Of a stretch of DNA of 64,000 bases, positions 1 to 10,200 are shown piece after piece. Under the pieces are notes generated by a model. It did no database searches and was not told the DNA's origin. It saw only the letters and a program-made list of their open reading frames with translations. Position numbers and translations under genes: made by a program. The stretch's first letter is position 1, and each line of letters opens with the position of its first letter. The DNA lies in the NCBI GenBank assembly GCA_965649765.1, contig OZ287754.1, positions 50,778,001 to 50,842,000 of the forward strand, written 5' to 3'. The stretch comes from Bispira polyomma. Its lineage: Eukaryota.

Positions 1-237
1 TTCAGTCAACAAATTAAAGTGACTATATATATTTTTGTCTCATAATCTAAATCCATATATACAGGACCATTAAGTAACAAAATGTTTATTTTGTAAAATA
101 TCGCAATTTTAAATGTTCACTCGATTCATTGTAGTTAAAGCAACATTTACTTTGTAATGTTTAAAGACATAATATATACAATAAAGTTAATTAATTACTT
201 GCCTGCGAAAGAATGACCTGTATCTCTGAGTAATACA

Positions 238-580
238 TGAACATACCAGACTAAAATGTAGAATATATGTGGAACATAATGTCAATATGCATATTAAAGG
301 ATGTCCACAAAGTGTAAAACGGTATTTTCGTGTAATATTCAATACACATAACAAAGTTAGAAGAATGGATTTCTCTAACTGAGATGTATAATACACACCT
401 GAAACTTGATTAAACAAAACACAAAAGACAAAGCAGTTTATTTAAGAAAGCATACTCAAGTAGTCTATGAGGTATAATGTTGGTAGCCTTCTTAACTAAT
501 TACATGTGGCTCAATGAATTAACATGTTGATGATGTGATCTATAAGTGTGTATATTCATGAAACCAATGTACTATATAAA
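238..580 (+). other. Diverged copy of the 3' flank of HSPA12-like gene B (orphan 3' end of a probable upstream paralog)
   Basis: Collinear matches: TGAACATACCAGACTAAAATGTAG (~238) vs TGAACATACTAGACTAAATGCAG (~43300); TATAATACACACCTGAAACTTGATTAAACAAAACACAAA (~387) vs TATAATATACATCTCAAGGTTGATTAAAAAAACACAAA (~43485); GTTGATGATGTGAT...AACCAATGTAC (~526-572) vs ~43675-43727. Confidence 0.7.
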
Positions 581-1350
581 GTGTCCTATTTACATTTTTA
601 AGAACATGTAATCACTTTTGTTTGCTGCAAAATATTTCTTAAAATAATGGTCTCTTTTTGTACATATGCTTTTTGCTAATACATCTGATCAAATCAGATT
701 TTCATGTACCTAACCTCCCTATCAGTGGATTTGAAAGAGCAATACTTGGAAGCACATTTCGTGAATCATATATCCAAGACAGGCAATGAGACTGCCTCTT
801 TAAAGAAATAGTTTATGTTGGTAGGTTTATTAAATAATGACATGTAGCCCAATGTATTAACGTGTTGATGATGTGATCTATAAATATGTTTATTCACGAA
901 ACCAATATACTATATAAAGTGTCCTATTTACATTTTTAAGAACATGTAATCACTTTTGTTTGCTGCAAAATATTTAATTTAAAATAATGGTCTCATTTTG
1001 TACATATGCTTTTTGCTAATACATCTGATCAAATCAGATTTTCATGTACCTAACCTCCCTATTAGTAGATTTTAAGGAGCAATACTTGGAAGCACATTTC
1101 ATGAATCATATATCCAAGATAGGCAATGAGAATATGCCTCTTCAAAGAAATAGTTCATGTTGGTAGCCTTCTTAATAATGACATGTGGCCTAATGAATTA
1201 ACATGTTGATGATGTGATCTATGAGTATGTTTATTCACGAAACCAATGCACTATATAATGTGTCCTTTTAACATTTTCGAGAACAGGTAATTACTTTTGT
1301 TTGCTGCAAAATATTTCTTTTGAAATAATGGCCTCATTTTGTACATATGC
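477..1350. repeat. Tandem repeat, ~340-bp unit, ~2.6 copies
   Basis: ATGTTGGTAG unit starts at 477, 815 and 1157. Internal blocks (TTTGTTTGCTGCAAAATATTT in all three copies, CATCTGATCAAATCAGATTTTCATGTACC in the first two) recur at the same spacing. The third copy is truncated at ~1350. Confidence 0.9.
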
Positions 1351-1429
1351 ATCACTGTAAAGAAGATTTATAAAACAAATGTTATGAAAAATCTTTGAAT
1401 TTTAATTAACATCTTCAAAACTGAATATC

Positions 1430-1860
1430 TGAAGCTGTGTTGTTTAAAGTTGAGGTGGTTATCCAAATAGACTCCTAGATACTTGATGTCAGCACTTAAA
1501 TTAACATCTTCACCATTCACTTTTAAACTATGTAAGAAACATTTTTTGAGTTGCTTTGGATGACCAAACAGGATAAATTCAGTTTCAGAGCTGTTCATTT
1601 TAAGATAGTTGGAATCCAGCCACAATTTTATGTCCTCTGCAAAATTTTCTAATGATCTAAGGGTGGTGGCTTCTTCTGAGATGTTGTTGGCTGAGAATGA
1701 GAATTGATTACATGGTCGTCTGAATATCCGTGCAGTGACATATCAGCTGGAACTACGTATTTCATGATATTGCATAGTTTGAGTAGAGTTGGACCCGCAC
1801 AACTGCCCTGTAGTACTGAGAAATCTATTGGAGTTTTATCAGAATAGCTTTTACCTGTGT
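1430..1860 (-). mobile_element. Decayed LINE (L2/CR1-group) reverse transcriptase fragment
   Basis: ORF pieces SVLQGSCAGPTL (PQGS motif), HGYSDDH (YADD), WLDSNYLKMNSSETEFILFG and KYLGVYLDNHLNF; broken by stops and frameshifts. Confidence 0.85.
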
Positions 1861-1974
1861 TCACACATAGGTATAAAAATGAACAGGCCCTTTTGTTTGG
1901 AGTAAACAATCTCAGATTAAAAAGTTGCAGTCCATTCAAAACTACCTATGCAGATAGTTTTTTTTTTCGCCTGG

Positions 1975-2810
1975 ACAATCTTACCAATGTCAATCTCTTT
2001 CTCAAAAAACTACGCTGGCTTCCCATTCAATATAAAATTTTGTTTAAAATACATGTCACAACATTCAAGGCTGTAGTCACTCAACAGCCATCCTACTTTG
2101 CTTCGTTTCTCTCTTTCAAGGCGCAGTAACCCTGATAAATTATACCTTAACATTCCCACTTTCGACCCTCGCATCCACAAATCCAAAGTTCAGTTCAATC
2201 ACTGCCTAGCTCATGATGGCCCCCTCATTTGGAACAGCCTACCTGATCATGTTCGCCTGGCTCAAACTGTCTCCTCTTTCAGGAGTAAGCTGAAGGACTA
2301 TCTTTTTGAACAGGCTTTTCCACCTTAGCCGTCGCAACCATTTACGGTAGTCTCCCTGGTTATGACTTCCATCCGCCCACTATTTTTTTGATTTTCGATT
2401 AACGTTTTGGGTTTGTTGCGCCTTAGAAGTTGTTGTACAAAGATTAAGCGCTATAAAAGTACGACTAGATTAGATTAGATTAGATTCAGAAACCTGATGA
2501 CAGGTAATAGACTTTGCTTTTCTTCTGTGAAACACACCAGGAAGGCTGAATTCAGAGCTCTCTCTATTGCAGACCCCTTGCTATAGAATAGTCTCCCAGT
2601 TGACCTGAGATCACTTGAAACACTTATTGGTTTCAGGAAAAAACTTAAAACCTATTTTTTTTTAGCCTTGCTAACCATCTTTAGATCTCTCCTGTACACC
2701 CCCATTTTTTCCCCGCGACCTTGCTTTGTCCATGGACTACACGATTGGCTAACTGGTCTTTTGTTGTGCTTTAGAAAATGCCTAGCACATTACACCTAAA
2801 TGTGTACATT
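1975..2810 (+). mobile_element. L2 LINE 3' fragment (same family as the 7456-9142 copy), split by a second L2 insertion
   Basis: LKKLRWLPIQYKILFKIHVTTFKAVVTQQPSY matches the C-terminus of ORF 7594-8955. Homology resumes at ~2487 (GGTAATAGACT...CTCCCAGTTGACCTGAGATCA...AAAAAACTTAAAACCTAT). Confidence 0.8.
2119..2486 (+). mobile_element. 5'-truncated L2 LINE (second family) with (TAGAT)n tail
   Basis: Encodes GPLIWNSLPDHVRLAQTVSSFRSKLKDYLFEQAFPP*. The 3'UTR ends GATTAAGCGCTATAAAAGTACGAC(TAGAT)4. A second copy is at 10793-11014. Confidence 0.85.
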
Positions 2811-3439
2811 ATAATAATCTACTAGTTATAACACACGTACTCCCCATCTCAGCCCTCGTGGGTTTGAATCTAAAACTTGAAGTGTATGTGGGAAAGTTGC
2901 TATTGGACTTGCAGATGACCGTGGGTTTGCATAGCAGAAAAAACGTTCACCAACTATGTTGTTTTGTTTAAAATAACCAACTAGTATATATATTTTGGCA
3001 TGAACTTGATATGATGGCATAATGGCTAACAGTTGATCTAATTCTGAGAAATAATAGAACATTATGAGGGAGAATTGCAATATAATGTCTGGGTCCCACC
3101 ATTAGGAAATATAAGCCCTGCTCACTATGGTAAACAAATCAGATGTCGTGAGAAATCTTTGTTAAAGTTATAGCATTGTCATAGAAGTCCTGAATTATCC
3201 TGGCTTATTGAGCGCAAAATTACCTACTGCACATACACATCTGAACCTTTTGTGCAGAGTACACATTGGCTAGTCAAATGCCAGCTGGCCCTCAGAGTAT
3301 CAGGCAGTGACAAGTGAACATTTAAAAATCTGCTGTCAGAATATAAACAGATCTGTGGGCAAATACAAGTATTGATCCTGTACCAGTCTTTTTGGCTGTT
3401 GTTTTGATGGAAAGCTTTTCATTATATTCACAACTTTAT

Positions 3440-3530
3440 TATATTATTTCCGAGCATTTTCACTTTCGGTTTACACCTTGATCATTTAGGTGTGTTTTAA
3501 AATAAATTAAGTTTGATAAATTAGTCACCT
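3440..3530 (+). promoter_or_regulatory. Candidate cis-module copy 1 upstream of HSPA12-A (ISRE-like TTTCACTTTCGGTTT at 3458-3472, AP-1-like TTAGTCA)
   Basis: Motif match to the IRF consensus TTTCNNTTTC. The module is repeated at 4098-4200. Function is inferred only. Confidence 0.3.
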
Positions 3531-4097
3531 ATTTGTATTTAATCTGATTTAATCATTTTATGTATATACAACATGGCGCTGGTGTTAGTATTAGTATTAT
3601 GCATGTTTACATGTTGTTCATCGTGTTCCTGTAACACACCGTAAAATTATTTACAGCTTATGTGTTAGAATAAATTATAGTGTCAATAAATTACTGAGGT
3701 CAACCAATTTAGCATCAGATGTACCTGTTGAATTTTCCACCAGTGAAGGCGGTTAACTCATGCACGTCGTCTCCACTCTAGACATGTGCATAGCATGTGA
3801 CAATATTATTTACCTTTTTTAGCTTTTAAAATATACCTTTATTTCTTTCTTTCATTAAATTTCTGGTAATTATTTTTGTAATATAGACCTAGTTTCTGAA
3901 TTAAAGTTGAAATAAATATTAAACTTCCTGTTACACGTAGGAGATATAGTATTTTTTTAACACGCCAACGATGCAGAGTGTCCGACTTCAGTACAGACAT
4001 GTACGCATAACCAAATATTGATCTTGTAGATTCTGCTAGTGTTTTCATCTGTCGTTTATACAGAAAAACTCGTTAATGATATGCAATCAAAGTTTTG

Positions 4098-4200
4098 TAT
4101 ATTATTTCCTAGCAGTTTCACTTTTGCTTTCTCCTTTGCTCGTCTGCCCAGGTGTTGTTCGTTGTTTAGGTGTGTGGTTTTCTTTCAATCAATTAGTCAC
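4098..4200 (+). promoter_or_regulatory. Candidate cis-module copy 2 (ISRE-like AGTTTCACTTTTGCTTTC at 4114-4131, AP-1-like TTAGTCA)
   Basis: TATATTATTTCC(G/T)AGCA(T/G)TTTCACTTT ... TTAGGTGTGT ... AATTAGTCAC is shared with 3440-3530. Confidence 0.3.
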
Positions 4201-4236
4201 ATATTCAGATTTTAACAACTCTTACAGAATAAGAGA

Positions 4237-7200
4237 ATGGCCAGTGAAAGGTATATTCTTGTTGTCGCCATAGATTTTGGTACCACCTTCAGTGGATATG
4301 CCTTTTCTTTCAAAACCGACCCAAACAATATCAATATGAACAAGAGCTGGGGTGCCAGTCTGGGATTTCAGTCGTACAAAACACCCACCACTGTCCACGT
4401 GGATCCCAGTGGGGAGCTGAAAGGTTTTGGGTTTGAAGCAGAGGAGGAATATTCCAACATGGAAGAGGAAGAGGTGACACCAGACCAATTCTCCTTGTAC
4501 AAAAAGTTTAAGATGATGCTTCATGGACAAAAGGTAACACGATTTTTTCCATACATTTTTAATGACGGTTTCATCAACAAGAGTTGCTGTTGTAGCACCA
4601 ATGTAAAATGACACTAAATCGTGTCCCAACAGTCATAACATTTGCTTGCACAGATTTTCCCCAAATTTTTCTATTTCCCTATTATTTTACACTAAATGTC
4701 GCTTCAGTTCCGAGTTCACTAGTCAGCCAGTATCAGATGAGAAGATATATAGCCACAAGTAACTCTGGATGAGGGCATACATTATACCCCTGTTCCACTA
4801 TGCCAATCATAGCCCCCGGTCGTTACGATTATAAGATTGGGGCTTTTTTTAGCTATTATTCTACGTGAATCTAAAGTAGTAAATGGTTTAGTTATAGATA
4901 CTATTTCTATTAAACTATGTCAGCTAGCTGATGATATGACTCTTTTTTTTTAACCGATATAAATTCTTTGAGAAACTCTATCAGTCTGTTTGAAGAATTC
5001 TATTGTTATGCTGGATTAAAGCTGAATAAAGGCAAAACGGGCAATAATTATACAGAACAATGGAACCCTAAGTGAGGATCACACTATAGGAATTAAGGTT
5101 TTAGTAACGTAAACGCATAAAACGATCGCCGATAACCACGTTATGAGAGGTCGAGCTTCTCAGAAACAGCACAATTTTTTTTGTGGCCTTTTCATTTGCA
5201 TAAAAAGAAATAATAAAGAATGACATATATTCTTATTATATACTAATTCATATATTTTACGTATCATTTAATTGGGTATCTTGAGACATACAATAAATAT
5301 AGCAGTGTGTAAATTTGTAACAAAAATGGGTAATATTTTCAAAGTACATGCTTCACAAACGTGACACAATTCATATAACAAGAAGGGATCTTTTTGTACA
5401 TGAATAGAAAAAGGAAAACATCAGCATTATTTTGAATGAATTTGTTTTTTAATAAAAGCACAAAAACTGGGCCTATTTTTAGAAAAACATTAAAGTTACA
5501 CTCTTCTAAACAGAAAGATGTTTTATATTCTTTGTTTTTTTTTATAAAATAAGGAAACATATTGAAAAATGTAAATCACTAGAAATAATATACATGTTTT
5601 ATAAAGTTGTGTAGCATATATCTTGTACTGATATATGCTGGATCAATACTCGTATTATGTCACAATAGACAGGGCTCTCTGCGAGATTTGTTTACTGATA
5701 TGACGTTCTACATAGATTTTCAAATTGTGTGACGTCACAATACATGAATCTTTATATGGTTTTTTTTTTATGGTTTTATAGCAAAGTGTTAACCTTTTTA
5801 TTTAGTCTGGGCCTATAAAAATAGTTAAAAAACATCACTAAAGTATACTTTAAAAGCCATCATACTGAGTAGAAATGGACACTCGTAAAGCATCATACTT
5901 TATCGCTTTGTGTTTTTGTGTTTACATTACTAAACCCTTAAATGGATCAACACCAGTTTCAAAACTATGGGTACATGGTTTTATTTAAATGAAAATAAGA
6001 TGAAAACATTAAATATGGATGATAAAGTGTACAAAATAAAATCAATTTTAAATATCTTGAAGGCCAGCTGTCTGACCATGAAAGGAAAAATCACTGTACT
6101 GTAATCCTTAGTAACACCTCATATTCTGCAATTAGCCTTTGTTTTGCCTATGCCAAATAGTTAAATAAAACACTTGGATCAGCTGTTTTACAATTTTATC
6201 TGGAATGACAAGAAACCGTTAATTGCGAAAATACTTTGATACAGCCTTTGCACAAAGGGGTTTAAAGATGGTTTCAGTCGAGCATGTCACTGCTAGCACA
6301 AAAGTAATGTGGGTAAAAAGATTTGCAAATAACATTGATGCCAAATGGAAAACTATAGCTGAAAAATTATTGGGAATGGGAAAAAATGAGCTCTTTAGAA
6401 AATATAAATTTCTTAGCATACAAGAAAGACCTCGGACCAAATTTTACGCTGATGTGCTACCGGTGTGGTTTGATTTTATCACAGTTGAACCGCTAAGCAT
6501 AAAGGAACTTCTAAAAGAAAGATTGTTCAAAAATGACTTGTTTCGAATAGACAAAAAAGCTATTTCAAAAGAATACTTAGACTGGGAAGCTAAGGGGCTA
6601 GCCTGTGTCAATAATATTGTCAGAGCTGATGGCACTTTTGTTAGCAAAAGGGAGATAGAAATTGAATATGGACTAAATATACCTGAAATGAAATACAATA
6701 TAATTGTCAGTGTCTTATCAACAAAGTTAAGGAAACTACCCAAACCAGGACCACTATCAGTTTCTGATAATGTAGTAACAAACTGTTTAAATAACATTAG
6801 CAAAGTCCAAAATTCGCAAGTGTATAATGAATTTGTTGGTAGGTCCCATATTATTCCCACTAGCCAAAATAAATGGGTAGAATATTATCCCTTTCTTGAC
6901 TCCCTAGAGTGGCACAAGGTGTACTTACTATCCTGTAAAGTTTTGAAAGATACTTATGTCGTCACATTACAATTCAAAATATTACACAGAATTTATGCTT
7001 GCAATTATAAACTGTTTTTATGGAACATAAAGGAATCTCCTCTGTGTAATGACTGTAACCAAGTTGATAACTTAAAACATTGTTTTTTTTATTGCAGTAG
7101 AATTAAAACATTTTGGTCTCAAATTAAAAGATGGCTGTTTACAATATTGGCTGTATCAATAGATTTTTCTGTGCTTGATATATTACTAGGATTAATAAAT

Positions 7201-10200
7201 GTGGACCAAAGGCTGTATTATCTTCTGAATTATGTACTGTTAATAGGTAAATATTATGTCAGTAAATGTAGAAAGGAAAACAGACAGCCAGGTCTCCTTG
7301 ATTTTTTGTTTATTTTGAGAGATCGTTTAGACATTGACAAGCAAATAGCAATGAAAAAGAGTAAAATTTATAATTTTGAAGAAAAGTTTGGAGAGTTACT
7401 TCTGCTAATGTGAAAAATGTAAAAAACCCCAAATTACAAAGTCTTGAATGTATACTATTATTATTATTATGGATTTTTAACGCGCTTTATTGATGCCAGG
7501 CATCTTCTAAAGAGCAGAATCATTAGTCCAATCATTAAGTCCGTGGAAATTGCAAAATCGTAAGGAAGGAAGTGGGAGCGTACACGAGGAAAGCTAAGGT
7601 GGGTAGGCAAGATTAAAAAGATAGGTTTTAAGCTTTTTCCTAAAACCGATAAGCGTATCAACTGATCTGAGGTCGACTGGGAGACTGTTCCATAACCGTG
7701 GAGCTGCAGTGGAGAATGCTCTGAAACCCGCCTTTCTGATTGGTCTGACCGAAGTGACAGAGAGTCTGTTTCCTCTCTTACGGTTACTGAAGGAAAGAAG
7801 GGATGCAAGGTAGGGTGGCTGTTGAGTGACTACAGCCTTAAAAGTGGTAACGTGAATCTTAAATAAAATTCGAGATTCAATGGGCAACCAGTGTAATTTT
7901 TTGAGGTAAGGAGTGACATCTGTGCGACAACCCAGGCGAAAAATGACCCTACATAGGTAGTTTTGGATGGACTGGAGCTTTTTAATGTTTGACTTGTTTG
8001 CTTCGTACAAGAGAGAATTGCAGTAGTCGAGGCGGCTACTCACAAGGGCATTTGCCACAGTTATCGCTGTGTCCATGGACAAGTGGTTTCTGATTCTTTT
8101 GATGTCACGTATGTGGTAATAGCAGGAGCGACAGATGTTGGCAACATGAGTATCGAACGAAAAAGCTGAATCAAAAGTGACACCCAGGTTTTTAGCATTT
8201 TCGGAAGGTAGTATGTCTTTTCCCAGCAGGGAGATGGGAAACAAAGATTTTAGGAGTTCACTGTTTTTCTTGTTTCCTATAAGGATGAATTCTGTTTTGT
8301 CAGGGTTAAGCTTTAGTTTGGAGTAGTTCATCCACGCCTGGACATCAGACAGACAGTCTGCAAGTAGGTCTATGTTAGTATCTGCATTTTGTGGATTGAG
8401 GGAGAGATAGACTGGAGTGTCGTCTGCATACATGTGGTGCTTTATATTGTGTTTATTGATGACAGTGCTGAGAGGATGTGTATAAAGGGTGAAAAGTAGA
8501 GGACCAAGGACGGATCCCTGGGGTACTCCATATGGAAGTTTTATGGAAGATGATAGGTGATCATCTAGTTTAATTCTTTGTGCCCTAAGAGTAAGATAGG
8601 ATCTGATCCATTTAAGGACACTGCCATTTATACCGAACCACTGCTTGAGAGTGTCGCAGAGCAGGACATGATCAATAGTGTCGAAAACAGCTGAGAGATC
8701 CAGAAGGGTGAGGGCCACTGTGTCATTGCGGTCCAATGCAAGATTGATATCATTGCTAATTGAAAAAAGGGCACTTTCTGTAGAGTGAAATTTTCTATAA
8801 GCAGACTGATGGCGATTTTGAATGTTTTGTCTATTAAGGTGGTCAGAAATTTGTTTAGCTACAGCTTTCTCGATGACTTTTGAGACGAAGCTGAGGTTTG
8901 ACACCGGTCTGTAGTTTTTGAGCTGGTTTTTATCAAGCCCTTGTTTTTTAATCAAGGGAGTTACATTTGCCGTCTTGAAACAGGTGGGAAAAACACCATC
9001 CCGAAGAGAAAAATTTAATATATTTGTTATGGGTGTGACAAGAATGTCAAGACATTGACTCAGTATAACTGCTGGAATGGGATCTAAGTCACAAGATTTA
9101 ATGGTAGAGGATTTGATGAGTTTCAGAACTTCAGAAGAGGTCTTAGTCAGAAATGTTTAATGATATATATTTTATGTGATCTTGGGAGTAAACAATTATT
9201 AGTTCTGTTAAAGTTTGCAGTTATATACTTAATGTGCAAAAATAAATATAATATAAAAAAAAAAAGATCGGGGCTTTTAACAACTTATCTTTTCCAATCG
9301 GGGAGGTCGCAGAGGTTTTGAAGGGGCAAATATGTGTGGCACGGTCGATAAGTCGGGGCCAATCGGGGCCAATCGTAAACCACTTAAACAACTTACCTGG
9401 GCCTCTATTTTCTCCTTTAGTTCAGATCTGTTAAAAATCTGGGCTTTCGAGCATGAGCTGCTTGAACCTTGACCCACTGGAAAGGATAATCCGCATCTAC
9501 CAGGGCAAGCATGACGATTGAGTGGTACCCCATGTAGTTGAAGTTCTTGCTCCCACCACGGGCATCTAATAGGAATGTGTTTGCTGTCCATGGCCCCCAG
9601 GTCTTTAAGAACGTTCCATGGTTCCGGAACACGGAGTCAACCTTCTTCTAGTTGTCGGGACTGGTAGGGCATGTGAGGAATTCTTTCTGATACTTGTCGA
9701 TGATGGCCTGGCAAACTTGGGGCACAAACTTGGTTATGGTTAACCTGCTCACTACGAACGAGTACTGCAGAGATGTGTAGGACTCTCCAATAGCCAAATG
9801 CTTCAAAATGAGTCTTGAGTCCAGGGTGCAGTGCCTTCCTGTACCAGGTGGTCTGTCTCTGTATCCTATCCAACCCTCCTCTCCATCTCCTAGAATACGT
9901 CAGGGGGCATCCTTAGGAGCTTGTGGTACGACTGGAGATTTTGCAGCTTCACACGTGCATAAGTGCTGTGTAGTGTCCACGTTCTTCCATTTTCCAGAGC
10001 CATGGCTTGATCCAGAACCTTGGCCTTGCCCTTCCTCTTCTGGTCACCATCGCCTGAGCCAGCCTGATGCTGTAGATTCAGTGTCTCCCTTTGCCTTCTT
10101 AATCTTCTTCTCCTGCCTTCGATGTCCATAATAGCCACCACTTGCACTTGCATGTAGGTAATTACATGCAGTGTATGCAGTGTTTCCTCCAGCGTTTCCA

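Larger units (their letters stand above)
4848..9263 (+). mobile_element. 5'-truncated L1/Tx1-clade LINE with poly(A) tail and 15-bp TSD
   Basis: RT piece IKLCQLADDMTLF at ~4905-4945. ORF2 C-terminus 6223-7413 has a zf-RVT-like region (LQFKILHRI...SPLCNDCNQVDNLKHCFFYC). AATAAA and an A-tail at ~9241-9265. TSD AAGAT(T/C)GGGGCTTTT at 4833-4847 and 9264-9278. Confidence 0.88.

Noticed and set aside
520-580. Hammerhead-like TTGATGA-(T)GTGA...TCA(T/C)-GAAAC motif in each 340-bp repeat unit (retrozyme idea)
   Set aside because: The core reads UUGAUGA rather than CUGAUGA, there is an extra base before stem II, stem I does not pair convincingly, and the GUH site is not kept in all copies. An Infernal hammerhead scan would settle it.
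4534-4611. ORF-track extensions beyond exon ends (also 12859-13031, 39866-39952, 41984-42003)
   Set aside because: Read-through into introns past clear GT donors; no homology between paralogs.
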